64,000 bases of DNA from the human T2T-CHM13v2.0 reference genome, Homo sapiens (GCF_009914755.1 NC_060937.1); one strand, 5' to 3'; positions 12,909-28,147 are shown, counted from the first letter of the stretch. Numbers and translations: made by a program. Notes: generated by a model not told the origin, from the sequence alone.

Positions 12909-15900
12909 TCAAATGCTTTTTCAAGTTTATGTAACTTAAGTAAAATCTTTAATAAATAAGCCAGCTTTAAAATTATTGGTAGAGTTATATTAGAAATGTC
13001 TTAAGAATTGCCAGCATACATTTTTGTTTGCATTTATTAATCAGGCAATTTCATACTTATCCCTGCCAAATACTATAAGGTGTCAAAATTTGGCATAGGG
13101 ATTACAAAACTACAAACCCAGCCCAAATCAAAATGATCTTCGCTTATGTAATTTAATAAATAAGACATTGATACAGGTTTAATGAAAATAGCTGCATCTT
13201 GAATTTAGTAATATTACCATAGCTTCTAATCCTGGGACTTTAGGCAGCCTAGTCCATAGACAATAAGTAGGTTTGTTTTGGGAAAGAACTGTTATCACCT
13301 TTGTGTCAAAGCTAAACTATAAACTAAGTTCCTCCCAACGTTAATTCAGCTTATGCCCAGGAATAAACAAGGATAGCTTGGAAGTTATGAGAAAGATGAA
13401 GCCAATTAGGTGAAATCTTTTTTTTACTGTCTTAGTTATAATTTTGCAATGGCAGTTTCAGAACTTTAAATCATGACTATCACAGTTTTCATAAATAATC
13501 TACATAAACAACTAAAATAAAGTAATTAGGTAAATGTAATGGGATAAATACTTGTAGACAAACTGGTCATAATTTAGAATAGAAAGTTAAATTAAATTAA
13601 TAGATATTTCAGTATTTGGGTGTTTTCCAATAAATATATATTGTAGGAAAACATTTCTGCTTAAAAAAAAAAAAGAAAGAAGAAAAAGAAGTGTGTCCTT
13701 TTTTATAAAAAAAAAAGTGAACAAGTTTTGCCTAATTTAAAGCTTATTTCAGAGTTATGTATAAAACAAGGTAAAAGGAACCAGGAACTAAAAAAATATG
13801 TAAAGAAAGTAATACAAATAAAGAGGTAATTTTTTTAGGTAAAAAAGCTTAAAGAAAAATAATTTTATATAAGAAAGAATCTTCTATGGTAAATTTAGTT
13901 CTAAAATAAAGTAACTGGTTGTTTAAAAAGGAGGGATGTTCAGAACAAATCAGAAAGTCCGACAATGTCATGAACGGTCAGTGTAACCCACAATAAGAGG
14001 ATCTATATATTTTTTAAAAACCTGAAACTTTTATATAATCAAGTTGTCATATTGTTATTAAGTTTTGGTTTGCTCAGGAAAAAGAATTGAGATTAAAAAA
14101 TTTTTTAAATTAAGGTCATTACATCCATGTATCTTCCTGTATATGCTTTTAAAGTCCTTATAACATTGAGTTACAGAGCTTTTAACTCCTGGGTCCAAAA
14201 AGGACACCAAGTCCTGCTAAATCTTAAACACTGACAGCAATTAAAGCCTCATCTTCAGGCCCCATAGAAGATGCTAATCAAAATAAGCTGCATTCCTGAG
14301 ACACAGGGCAAGAAATGAAAGCTATTCAACTCCTCAAGACTGAGGGACTATTGGGGAAGAGGTGGGCGCATAAGATTGTAAGGGCCAATTTTGAAAGATA
14401 AAATAAGTTCAGTTTCTCTACAAATTAATTGTTAATGTCAAAGGCACATTGATGCAAAACCAGTATATGGAGCCCTGTGTCAGATTAACAAGGTTTTCTT
14501 AAAGCATTAACCAACTCCTTAATAAAGGTTATAAAGGTTATAAAAGACTTATGGAAGTTATATTATATAATGAAGATTGTTTACAAAATTTTAAAAAACT
14601 AATGTAATTGGCTTCATGCTGTTTATACTAGGGCCCCTTGTTTAGAAAATGAAGTCTCCTCTCTCAAAGAATGAAGGTTTTCGCTTTTTTGAAATCCTTG
14701 AATTATCACTTTGGTTAAATAAATGACTGTACAATGACCTGTAATCCTATTTTGTAATATCAAGTGTTTTAAACCTTTTATATTTGACCAACTTTCCAAA
14801 ATCAAATTATGAATTATGTCTTTTTCTAACCTAATTAATCCTTTAAGGCATTAGGTTCGCTAAAGTTCAAAAATGACATAATGTGGCTTATTTGGTATAA
14901 AAAATTATACGGGAAGCATTGTCAAATACAAAATGGTGTTTGGTTTTCTTTGGGCTGTATTTGTATAAATATATTATTGGTATGTGTTCCAAAATTATGG
15001 GAAACTCCTGTAATTCTGATATAACTTAGTGTACATTATCAGTAATAATCATAATTGTTATATTAAAATTGTGTGCCATGGAGGTAACTAATTTCCTTGT
15101 CAATTGTGTCTTTTAACTATGGCTCCCTTAAAACTTTTTTTTCATCAATGGACAATTGTTGTCTTGTTTTGGTCCTCTTTAGAAGGTGATTTTATAATCA
15201 ACTATAAATCTCCAACAGGAGCTCTTGAATACAGGTTTCTGATAACTTTGGAGACTGTGACATCAGAACAGAGGAAAAACTTTCAGGACTCATGGAGAGC
15301 TAAAATGTTCATGAGTATCAAGCAGAATAGGAATTAACTGCATGGACTTAACCAATCTTTTTTACTTTTTGCTTAATATGTTTGCTGATCCTTTGTTTTG
15401 TTTTTCTGAGTCTTAAAACTTTTCTTTTGAGCTATTGACAGCTTTTAACAATTTAGTGTACTCTTATGAACAAAATTTAGAGCATATTTGTTTCTCTCTA
15501 CCTGATTTCTCCAGAATTGGAAACTACTTGTGAGTATTCTTAACTTATGGCAATACAATTATTTGCATAAGTGCAATAAGAATCTGTTTTCATTTGTAAC
15601 AGGACCCAGCTGGAGAAACTGGTTATTTTACCAAGGCTTTGACTGGAATGATGTGCTTTCCTTTAAGGAATCAAACTTGATTTATGGAGCCAATAAAGCC
15701 CTTGGAAAAACTGGCCTCATATTTTGTGTACACAGTCCCTATACAGGGTTTGTGACCTGTGGTAAGTAAAGAATGTCACTTTCTGACAGGTGTAGAAGCC
15801 CCAGATTTATCTTGGAACCTCAAAAGAAAAGGAAATTTCACCCAACTCATGGGTATTTGATGGCACAACCCAGGGCTGGGCCTGGCTTTAGAAAAGTCTT

Positions 15901-17472
15901 ATCTGAGATTCCTCCTATGGAACAAAGTCCCATCAAAGCCAATTTAAAAGCCTATGTAAAAACTAATTATTCTTACTGCAATGTATACAAATAATTAGGC
16001 CAAGTATAATAAGCAAACCAGTCTTACCATGATTTGTCTTTAGTAAAATGGGAAACTGGAGAGAGAAAAAAATTGTTTCAAAATGATTGTACACCTGTTG
16101 TTAGATTCTAGTCTTGCCTAATGTTTTTTCCAATTTTTATTATTTTCTACAGTTTGGACCAAATTCTAATTTTTCTTGGCTACAAGTCTTCAAAATAATG
16201 TTTTCAATTTTTTTTCTTCTCTTTTTCATTTTTCCTAATTTGGAATCACTGAAAACTAAGCTGTGCTTTTTTAAAACCCTGTGAACTGAAGCCAGAGAAC
16301 TTAAGCTTCAGAAGAATATAACAGTAACCTATTTACATACATAAGCCACTTTCATACCTGCCTATTAATATATGGACTTCAGAGTAATGTGGTCTATATC
16401 GATTTTTTTTTCCAGGATTGTTCTTTTGTTTCTGTTTTTTCTCCCTTTCTCTTCCTATTTTCTCTTCACAGGACATGAGACTTCATAACCTGCTAAAAAT
16501 GAGCTTTCCAGACCTACCCATCTAGAAATAAACCATCCTAGCCATGAGAGATCAGATGAAACCTGAGACCAGAGATTCATTTTCTTGTAAAATGCTTTCT
16601 CCAAAAGATTTTTTTTAAAAAGCGGGGAAATGTTAAAGGAGAATATCTTGGGCCCCCAAAATCACTAAAGAAAACTCAAGCTGGGAACTGCTTAGGGCAA
16701 ACTTGCCTCCCATTCTATTCAAAGTCACTCCTCTGCTCACTGAGACAGGTGCATATCTGATTGCCTCCTTTGGAAAGACTAATCAGAAACTCAAAAGAAT
16801 ATGTATCACCCATCTGTGACCTGGAAGCTCCCTCTCTGCTTCCAGTCTTCCTGCCTTTGCTTCAAGTTATCCCACCTTTCCAGACCGAACCAATGTACTT
16901 CTAACATATATTGATTGACGTCTCATGTCTCCTTCAATGTATAAAACCAAGCTGTGCTCTGACCACCTTGGGCACATGTCTCAGGACTTCCTGAGGCTGT
17001 GTCACGAGCAAGTTCTCAACCTTGGCAAAATAAACTTTTTAAATTAACTGAGACCTGTCTCAACTTTTCGGGGTTCATAGAAGACAAGACAAATAAGTTC
17101 TAGAGCAATGCTGTGCAATATTGTGCCTGTAGATAATACTGTGTTGTACATTTAAACATTATTGAAAGGGTAAATCTCATGTTAAATGTTCTTACCTAAA
17201 TAAAACTTTAAAATTTATTTAAATAAAAAATAATATAAATATATAAAAGGCACCCTAATTTGTTAACCTATTTTGGAACACCCCCAAGCTTTGATACCCA
17301 AAGCCTCTGATAAATGGACATCTGAGATCCCTGCCTCAATCAGAGATAACACAGGAAACTCACTTTTGTATTGACGGATTCCTTACCCCTTTCTTCATCT
17401 GTCAGCTACGGTCCATGTGGAACAAAACAAGCCTGTTGTGTCCCCTGAAATGCAAATAAAATCTCTTCTTGC

Positions 17473-17937
17473 TGTGAACCTCGAATATCCGAGACAGCTG
17501 TCAATCAGTTTAAGAAGTTTATTTTGCCAAAGTTAAGGACGCACGCCCACGACACAGCCTCAGGAGGTCCTGATGACATGTGCCCAAGGTGGTCTGAGCA
17601 CAACTTGGTTTTATACATTTTAGGGAGACATGAGACATCAATCAATATATGTAAGATGAGCATTGGTTTGATCTGGAAAGGCAGAACAACTTGAAGCAAA
17701 GGACTCACAGTGGGGAGGGGGCTTCCAGGTCTTTGGTAGATAAGAGACAAATGGTTGCATTCTTTTCAGTTTCTGATTAGCTCTTCCAAAGGAGGCAATC
17801 AAATACACATTTATCTCAGTGAGCAGAGGGATAACTTTGAATAGAATGGGAGGTGGGTTTGCCCTAAGCAGTTCCCAGCTTGACTTTTCCCTTTAGCTTA
17901 GTGATTTGGGAAACCTGAGACTTATTTTCCTTTCACA
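17473..17937 (-). mobile_element. MER4A1 solo LTR
   Basis: Reverse complement of the provirus LTRs; TG…CA ends; TSD TTGC. Confidence 0.9.
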
Positions 17938-18499
17938 TTGCCCAGAGCTCTGGGTTTCTCTATCTCAGTGTCTGTCTGGCCTGCACCCATCACCAAACCA
18001 GGTTCCTCAACCTGCAGTGGCCCGCTTTGATCCCCTGGTCAGTGTCAAAGCTCACAGTACTTCCCTAGGCTTCTATCAACCTCAGGATTGCCTACCCTTG
18101 CTGGAAGCAGTAAAACAGCTGCAGCTGCAAAAGGTGGGGGCAGGCCAGGGGAGAGGTGGCATCCCAGGGAAGTCCCAGGTACTGACCATGTGTCCCCCTC
18201 CCAGGTACTCTGCTGGGGTGTGGATGCTGCACCATTTCCTGTTCTGCATCTGCATAGCATCTACACATTGCTCTCAGACCTTGGACTAGGTGTGGTGGGG
18301 GGACCCGCTTTCTTATCTCCTACACAGAAGAACAGTCTCTGTGAGAGTCAGTCCTGCTATAAGACAAATCCCGCTTTGGTGCCTGTGGCCTAGCTCCCTC
18401 CGTGCCTGTGAGAGAAGGGGCAGGGGCCTGGGTCCCAGTCATGGCTCTGCTGACCATGGGACAGTGGCTGCTGTGATCCTCCAGGGCTCTGTGGACTCA

Positions 18500-19025
<526 letters not shown>

Positions 19026-22000
19026 TTAGGGGATCTGCAAGGGCCTCCTATGTCTGACGTTTGCCACTCTGTATATGACAGAATCATAGGGTCCCTGGGC
19101 TCTGGGTGCTGGTGGACCCTCCCCCAACACATGGAACCAAGCAAATGGAAATGAAACAGCACTGGATGACGCTTTGCATCTGCATAGCACTTTGACCCAT
19201 GTGATTTCCGTAAAATCCCATGGCAAATTGGACCCCTATGATTACTTCTAGTGGAGAGGAAGGAAAAGAAACAAGGGCCAGCCAGGGAGAGGTCTCCCCA
19301 GGCCTTGCCAGCAGCCTGCCTCCCAGTCCTTGGGCTCAGCCAAGCCTCTTCATTTCTTTACAGAGACAAGGGAGCGCCTGCCCTGTGCCAGGCACTGCAG
19401 CAGGAAGGACTACGTCAGCAACATAGCACACACGCACGGCCCCTGCCCTCAGCAGGGGAGGAGAGCGACGCACAGGAAAACATCTTAAATGGTGTGATAG
19501 GCATCATGAAGGACGCCCACAGGGTGCCATGCAGAGAACAATGGTGGTGGCAGGAAGCCCCACAGGGAGGTGACATTTCAGTGAAGAGCTGTAAGGTAAA
19601 AGCCGGCAGCCCCCTGCAGAGCCAGGAGGCTCACGAAGGAAGAGCACAGCTCATGCAATCCCCTGAGGTCCCCCTGGAGGGGGGTCCAATGACACCTGGG
19701 GATGAGAAGGAAAGTCATCCTTTCCCTCCACCACATGGTGGGGCTTCTGGCTTATGGACAGGAACCCACTCCCACTGGGCAGCGACGTGCCTTAGGAAAA
19801 GGAAGAACAAACCCCCTAACTGGCTGAGGGCCCAAATGCCCCGCTGGCCTCAGGAGCCAGGGCTCTTTGAGGGTACCCTCCGCCGCCAGGCCCCAGCTGG
19901 GCCCGTATTGACCGTTTGGGCTTGCTGCTGCCTCCACGCCCTGGCTGCCCACCTCAAAGGCTCCCAGGACTCCACGGCTCAGGCTCCCTCTTGCAGGCAG
20001 CTGCTCCTTCCTGGGGCCAGGCTTCCCTTTACTCTGCAGAGGGGAATGGGTGCTGTTTTCCTTCCCCTCACAAAGCATCTTTCTGACTGCCCACCTCCTG
20101 CCCCACACAGTTTGAAAGGCTGATAGTTTCGAGATTCTGAATGAGGCTTCTGCAGAGGCCTTCTTGTGCTCCACAAGAAGGGCTGGGCAAGAATTTCAAC
20201 CACGCTGCTAATTTCAGTCCGTCACTGCGGTGGCAGCTTCATATTTTCCCACTAGATGGGGTTCTTGATCTCTGCAGCTAAAGATCAGCTAGCTAGAGAG
20301 AATTCCAAATCATTTAATTTGGCTCTGAAGGCTGCTTAGAAATTTTATTCAAAGCAGAGGGAAATCTTTTATAGGAAGTGGCCAAAGGCTGAAATTGAAA
20401 AAAAAAAAAAAAAAAACCCTAAAAATCTGGTTTCTGTATCTTCCTTAATTAGCAAAGGTGATAAAGGGTAATAAGTGAAAATGTTTGCAAAGGAAACCTA
20501 GCAAATCTGAAATACAGATGCAAATGGAGTGAGCTAGAAATGATTTCTCTGAAGAGCCATTTTGAACAATGCTGTAACTGCTTCTTCCCTTTGAGACAGC
20601 CAGAAGCATTGACCCTGGACATTCAAGCTGAAAAAAATATCCTTTGGTCTGGTCATTATCACCATTCTGCTTGATCAATGGTAGCCTGGTTCTCATTGAT
20701 CCACTCCAGCCCCCAGACACACAAGAGAGGTAGCACAAGGTAGACGCATAGTGAAGCCACTATGAGCCAAAGGCAATTATGTTTTTCCAGTGCAAACTCA
20801 TTTTGCTCAGTTCGGGAAACAGTTATATCTTTGAAGTCATTTAGCATGAATATTTCTCTTCATCATCAATAATAAGCACCTCTCTTGTCCCTTCCTCTGT
20901 AGGAAGGCTTTCTCTGACGTTTTTAGGCAGAGTTGAGATGGTGCCAGAAACAGCAAGAACAAAAAGATACTAACACTAACCCTGTCTTCAAGAGTCTATA
21001 TCTTAGCCCAAGAAATAGCACTCTTCCCAGAAAACAGTAGAAGATACACATTATTTACATCATCTTAGAACTTTGCATGGATAAATGAAATATTTGACGA
21101 ATAAACTCAGACCTTTGTATTTAGAAGTTAGAATTTTCCGTAGATATAAAACCAGTTTTAAAGAAGCTTCCCTTTTGAAGTGCCATAACAGAATTGCACA
21201 AGAATTATGGACAAAATTATGTAGACAAAAACACATGATCAGCTTTTACTGCTGACATTTTCATTTACTGTGGTGTCGTTTGTGGGACCCCCACATTTCT
21301 CCAGAATTGGGGATATTTTTTAACAGGCAGCCCTTGGTCACTTGGTCACAGTGAAAACAAACATCTTTGAGCACTTGGTCATTGTATGTCACAATTTTCA
21401 AATTTACAGCCACCAGCGTATCCTACTGGGGCGACTGGGGGAATCAATACTGGGCTTTATTCTTATTATATACTTGGAACAGGTTCAATGTAGTCCCTTA
21501 GGAAGTAATATTAGAACTTCAATCACACGGGAAGGGAGGCTTTAAGAAAGTTGCTTCTGTTAACACACTCCTCCGTCCTGGTCACAACCAAAACATATAT
21601 ATTCAGCCCAAATCTGGCATAAATTCTGCGTAAATTATATATACTTTCAGCAGTTCTACAAACATTTTTCAAGAAGACTGGCTGTATAACAGAACCTCTT
21701 TCTTTCCAGAAAGCAGCTTTGGCCATCCTAAAAAATGCAGTGGACTAATCCAGATGAGCCCATCAATTTGCCTAGGGGTCACTGCTTGTGCCACCAGAAA
21801 GATACTCGCAGAGAGACCCTCAACAACTGGGGCTATGTTGTTCCATCCCAGAATGAAAACTAAAACTAGAGCTGCATTAGCACTTGCTGAGGTAAACTGA
21901 ATTCCTTGGTTCTATGCAGATCTTGCCTGTGTATGGATGACTAGAATCAAAAGGCTACCAATGTCTTCTGAGATGCCAGAAGTCAGAAATAATCCCAGCT

Positions 22001-22152
22001 AAATGAAAAATACCAGAAATGCTACCAAAAAAATTGGCCACAGCAAGTACAGAGCTGTAGAATCTTCAACTCTTCAGAACCCCCCTGGCCTGAGCTGTGT
22101 GCATAAGGCCAATCACAGGCACAAATTCACTCTATAGACACTAGTCAAACAT

Positions 22153-22665
22153 TGTAGTAGACAGAATAACAGCCCCTAAAGACGTCTACACATGAATCCC
22201 TGCAACCTGTGAATATGTCACACCACATGGTAATGTTACATATGCGAATATGTTACACCACATGGTAAAGGGAATTAAGGCTGCTAATCAGGTTAAGATG
22301 GGGGGATTTTCCAGATTATCTTTCTTAAAAATGGAAGAGGGTGGCAGGAGAGGGCAGAAAAATGAAATGTGAGAGAGACTCAGCACACCATTGCTGACTT
22401 TCAAGACAGAGGAAGGGGCCAGAAGCCAAGAAATGCAGGTAGCCCCAAAAGCTGGAAAAGGAAAAAAAAAAAGAAAAAACAAACAAACAAACAAACAAAA
22501 ACTCAGATTCTTCCCTAGAGCCTCTAGAAGGAACTGAACCCTGCGGACACCTTGATTTTTAGCCCAGTGAGACCTGTGTTGGACATCTAACCTAGAGAAC
22601 TTCATATTGCTTTAAGCCACTAAGTTGGTGATGATTTGTTCCAGCAGTAATAGGAAATCAATATA
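22153..22665 (+). mobile_element. MLT1 (C/D-like) MaLR LTR
   Basis: TGTAGTAGACAGAATAA…CCTAGAGCCTCTAGAAGGAAC…GGAAATCAATATA. Confidence 0.85.
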
Positions 22666-23009
22666 AGCACCTTCTATGACCAGGCACTGACCCTGCCAAT
22701 GCAAATATGCCCGGCATTCCAGAGACACATAGTCCAGTAGGGAGAGAAAATTCTGCACATGCAGGTAAAGCAACATGCTATGCACTAAACATGCATGTAC
22801 CAAGCCCTGAGGGAGCACTGAGCTGATGGTGCTCCCCTTTGCCTGGGGGAGCCAAGGAAGGCTTCCTGGAGCAGAGGAGACATTTCAGCTTAACCTAGAA
22901 GCCTGATAGAAGGGGTCTGTACTATTCTGGACTTACATGGTCCCAGGGCCTTTTATTTAGACATGAATGCTGAAGAAGGAAGCAGTTTTTTATTGTCCAG
23001 GCTGGTCTA

Positions 23010-23165
23010 GACCCTTGATCCTCAAAGTATGGTCCAGGAGTCACGTGGGAGCTTGTTAGAAATGCAGAATCTCTGGCCCAGCCCAGCCCTACCAGGAGAG
23101 AATCTTCATTCTAACAAGATCCCAGGGGATTCATAGGTGCATGACAGTTTAAGAATCACTGCCCC
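23010..23165. mobile_element. MER5A
   Basis: GGGAGCTTGTTAGAAATGCAGAATCTC…TAACAAGATCCCAGG. Confidence 0.75.
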
Positions 23166-23436
23166 AAATAACAATATTCTCATACTCACCACAGTGTGGA
23201 AAGAAAGAAACAGGTTCCAGAAATTGTTTACATATGTAACCCTGATAGCATGGAGGTCCCTCAGAACATTCCTACTGCTATGTGACCATGCTTAGAACGG
23301 TGCACTCCAGCTCTGTGTCGTTTCTCAGCATCTACATAGACATCACATACACCATCAGGCTGTACGTCTCCTGTGGAAACATTTAGCAGGCTTTATTTTA
23401 TAAACACTTGGTTACAAACATCACCCAGTTCTTCCA

Positions 23437-23693
23437 TTTATTTATTTTTTAAGAGATGGGGTCTCACTCTGTTGCCAGGGCTGAAGTGCAGTGGCACGAA
23501 CCTGGCTCACTGCAGCCCTGACCTCCTGGGCTCTAGTGATCCTCTCAGCTCAGTTTCTCTGAATAGCTGGAACTACAGGTGCATGCCACCATACCTGGCT
23601 AATGTTTAAATATTTTTTAGAGATGGGGTTCTTGCTCTGTTGCCCAGGCTGGTGTCAAACTTCTGGTCTCAAATGATCCTCCTGCCTCAGCCT
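23437..23693 (-). mobile_element. AluJ, 5'-truncated
   Basis: T-rich tail followed by reverse Alu arms. Confidence 0.85.
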
Positions 23694-24589
23694 AACCCAT
23701 TTCTTTTTTAGAAAACACAACTTCAGCTCTAGCATTCTGATAGTGCAAAGTTTTTCTCCTGCTTGATGACCTCAATCCCAAAATAATTTACTCTAACAGC
23801 TAAATCTTCAAATCACTGAGCCTCAATTTACTTCTACCATCAGTAAAAAGAGGTCAGGGTGGCTCTGGCAAACCTAAGCCCTAGTCCTGGGAAATCCACA
23901 GATAACCCTTTAAGGCTCACTGGCTTAGTGACTCAATCCCTCCAGCCTCTTTGCTATGCTCGAGCCACATGTCTGCTGGCTGTGGATCCCATACATGCAG
24001 AGCTGCGTCATGTTCGCGGGCACCCTGGGGACACCTGCTGCGGGGTTGATGTTTTGTTATGTTTCTGCAGCACAACCAGGGCTGGCTTCTTGGGGACTGT
24101 ATACAGTGCACTTGCCCAGCCCCACACACAGAAGGGATTGAGGTTTAGTGCTCTGCAGTGGCAATCTTAAAACTCTTAATGATTGTATCTTTGAATTAAT
24201 GTTTTGTAAGTCAAGTTATGTGCCAAAGACTTGGAGCCTCAGCTCCTGCCATTGCACCTGCCGCCTCCCTAGCAAGGGTTCTTCAACACCCCCTCCCCTG
24301 TCCTGCCAAGTGACCACTGCCCCTTTTTCCTGCTCCCTCCATAGGGTCCTGCTGAGCAACCACTGCCCCCTTTTCCTGCCCTCCTCAGAGTGTGGGAGCC
24401 AGGCATGCACCCCCTGCATGCCCAGGGCATCAAGATGAGGTCCTGGGCACCTATAAGTGTCTGCACTCACCCAATGCCTATGCTTGTGCCCAAGGGAGTG
24501 TGACACTCAATACCAAATAAAAAAACATGACAGAGAGAGAGAGAGAGACAGAGATAGAGACTGTGAGAGAGAAAGCTTTTCTCCTACTT

Positions 24590-25460
24590 TAAAAAAAATT
24601 GTAGTAAAAATTATGTAACATAAAATTACTCTCTTAACCATTTTAAGTGTACTGCTCAGTTGTGTTAAATACATTCACGTTGTTATCAACCCATTTTCTT
24701 GCTTTCTGTTTTTTTTCTTTTTTTTTTTTTTTTTTTTTTTTTTTGGAGACAGGATCTCGCTTTGTCGCCCAGGCTGGAATGCAGTGATGCAATCTCTCAG
24801 CTCACTGCAACCTCCGTCTCCTGAGCTCAAGTGATTCTCCCACCTCAGCCTCCCAAATAGCTGGGACTACAGGTGCATTCCTAGCTAAGTTTTGTATGTT
24901 TAGTAGAGAAAGGATTTCGCCATGTTGTCCAGGCGGGTCTCAGACTCCTGGGCTCAAGCAATCTACCGCCTCGGCCTCCCAGAGTGCTGAGATTACAGGA
25001 TTGAGCCACCATGCCTGACCCAACCCATCTTCAAAACTGTTTTCTTCTTGCAAAACTAAAATGTGATACCCATTACTCCCCATTTTCCCCTACCCCCAGC
25101 CCCTGACAACCACCATTCTACTTCCTATCTCTATGAATTTGACAACTCCGGTACGTCATACAAGTGAATCATACAGCTTTTGTGTTTTTGTGACTGGCTT
25201 ATTTCACTCAGCATAATGTCCTTGGGGTTCTTCGTGAGTAGCATGTGTCAGAATTTCCTTCCTTTTTTAAGCTGAATAATATTCCATTGTGTGTCTATGT
25301 CACATTTTGTTTATCCATTCATCTGTAGATGGACATTTAAGTTCCACCTTTTGGCTATTGTAAGTAATGCTGCCATGAACACGGTATGCAACTATCTCTT
25401 TGAGTCCCTGCTTTCGATTCTGTTGGGTATGTTTGGAAGTGGAATTGCTGAGTCATAGGG
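24590..25460 (-). mobile_element. L1MB 3' region interrupted by an antisense AluJ (24708-25020)
   Basis: Reverse L1MB 3'UTR motifs; Alu with long poly-T and TSD CAACCCAT. Confidence 0.85.
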
Positions 25461-27389
25461 ACTCCTGCTTTTTGAACACACATTTTCATTTTGAACTGGG
25501 CTGTTTAAATTATACAGCTGGCTCTGCACATGCCCAGTTAGGGTGCGTATGAATCACAGTGTCGGAGGACTGTTCTGCTTCAGCCAATGGAACTAAGGAC
25601 TAAAGACTTTCCATGTTTGACCTGATAGTGTCACCACCAGAGTGGAGCAAGCGAGAAAAGTAAGAGACTGAGCAAGAGTGCTCACCCTCAAGTGTCCCCA
25701 CCAGTCAGAAGCAGCATGTATTGACATTCATGGCTGTAGAACATTCTGGAACTGGTTTTCATTTATCAATGCATGCATTATTTCTTCCAATGCATATGTA
25801 TTAAACCTCAGCTACGTGCCAGACCTCGTTGAAGACACTGAGGATAAAGCAGTAAACAATGCATGGAAGGGTCTTCCATGCAAGTCAGACAAGTAAACTA
25901 ATTGCACATTCGACGGTTTCTTGTGAAAAGTTCTATAAAGGGGAAATGTTGGGCCCTGAGCCCAAGGGTAGAAAGCAGGCTGTGCATGAGTCACTGTCCT
26001 GCTTTTAAGGGGCCGGTAAGGTAGGACAGGAGTTTCCAAAGTGGTACGTGAGATGATCTTAGGTAGTACGTTTTATCTTTTCTTTTTAATAGGTACATAT
26101 TCAGTTTAACGTATGTTTAGAAATATATATCTAATACCTCAAACCCTCAATTCTTAACTATCTCCTGGATGATGCTCAATTTAAAAAGGAGTTCATGTAA
26201 AATGAATAAATATAAGCTAAATATTAAAGCCTATTATGTTGTTATTAAAATAAATAAATAATGCAGGAGCTACATGAATAAGACCTAAACATTTAAAGAT
26301 TGCAACTCAAAAAAACTACATTTTGGAAACTCCTTGTGGGTTTTAAAGATAACTTTTTTAATACAGACATATTTTTAAGAAGAGTATAACTAGGGCTAAG
26401 ATACAAGTAAGTCCATGGGGAAAGGGAAGCAGCTGTGTTTGAGAGGAGCTCCTAACCCAATTTAGGGGATTCAAGAAAGGCTTCCAAGAAAATTGCTTCA
26501 TGCAATGAATTTTGTTCCTTGAATTACTCAGTCCAGGTGTATTTGTGTGAACTCTTCAAGTATGAGCGCTGGAAACCCACTACAGCCAGTTTAAGCAGGA
26601 GGGGTAATTTGCAGATGAGGATGCTGGGTGATCCCACAGTGGCTCAGGCCTCAGAGTGACCCACCTCTCTCAATCTCTGCTCCTGGTCCCCACTCTTATC
26701 TGAGGCTCTGCTTTACCTCTCACACTCGCTGCACACTTCCTTTCTCAGTATATTTCCAAGTGGACAAGATGGAAAACGGCTACCGCATTCTTCTATTTAT
26801 ATCTCTTCCATTCAAAGACAATCTCAACTGATGTTACCATTTCTTACTTCCAAGTCTTGACTTCTGGGGAAGAGACTCTGGTCAGGCATCACAGGTGACC
26901 TCAGAGGCGGGGTCTTGTTCACACAAGGACAACTGTCACCACGTGGTCAGGGAGGGGAAAATTACCAGAATCCAGATGGGAATGGGGTTGGAGATCCAGG
27001 CAGAAAACCTGATGGCACAAGCTGGAAAAGTCCTCATTTCAACAGCTTCCAGACTCCCCTGTGCCTGACATCAGTGTAGGTAGGAACTGCCAACAAGCCT
27101 GGAACAACATTTTCTCTTAGGCCACCTTGAGGATACGGGTGGCAGGAGAGATCTGGAGTGACAGGGGACCTTGACCCCACCCCCGGCCTGTAACCCAGGG
27201 GTTCTCTTGGGGAAGAAGGAAAGCAGTCCCATGGGCCTGCCACGTGCCTAGGATTCGGGGCTATGTTAACCCATAGGAGGGAGATAGGGAGCAAACAGTT
27301 TGGCTAGGCCTATATTTCTACTTTATATCCCAGAAAATAATGGGATTTGGCCCTTCCACTTTGAAAGCCTGTGTCATTCAACAGAGTAA

Positions 27390-27820
27390 TCGGTAACACA
27401 TGTATAGTTCTTACTATGTGCCAAGTGCATACTGTGTTCTAAGTGTTTTACACAGATTAACTCAAATAACTCTGTGATACATAGCTGCCACTACGCCCTT
27501 TCCTGAAGATGAGAAAATTAAGGCACAGAGAGGTCAAGGAACTTACCCACATTTACACAGAAAGGAAATGAGGAGCTGGAACTCAAACCCAGGAAATCTG
27601 TCTTCAGAGCCTATGGTACTGATCAAAAGGCCACACAGACCAAGGTTAAAATCTTGCTTCACCCCTTACTTGTTATAAGGTCTCTTTAAACTATTGATTC
27701 AGTGATAAAATGGAACAAAAGACACCTACCATATAAGATTATTGTAAAGACTAGTGGAAAAAATCGGTATCTACAAAGCACTTAGAACTGAATAGGTACT
27801 TGATCAGGGTAGTTACTATT
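27390..27820. mobile_element. MIR fragments
   Basis: GATGAGAAAATTAAGGCACAGAGAGGTCAAGGAACTTACCC core. Confidence 0.7.
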
Positions 27821-28147
27821 GTTAAGGAGAGATAAGGAATCTGAATATTGTTCAGCTCTCATGGGCATCTGGTGATGGGGTGTGTCCCCATTTTCCACAC
27901 TGTAATTGTCTGCCTAGGCCAGCTCTCATTCAGGCCAGTTCACTCTGTTGCAAGGGAATAATCCACGCAATTGTTACCCAGTGCCATAGGTGGCTGAGTA
28001 CAGCTTCTCGTATTACATATCTTCACATCCTGCTGAGCAACAGCACTAGTGGTGCTTTTTCTATAGTTATTTAAAATTTCAGTTCTCCTTAATTGAAGTA
28101 GAGCATACATAAAGGGCACAAATTGTAAATGCACAGCTCCAGTGTTA

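Noticed and set aside
19251-20123. Longest ORF (290 aa, +)
   Set aside because: Non-ATG start, GC-rich, runs through an L2-like remnant (~19370-19600), no recognisable domain
20659-20847. 62-aa ATG ORF with a hydrophobic stretch (possible micropeptide)
   Set aside because: Length expected by chance; no promoter or splice support visible
21333-21381. Three CTTGGTCA copies next to a forkhead-like site
   Set aside because: Half-sites deviate from RGKTCA; too short to support a call
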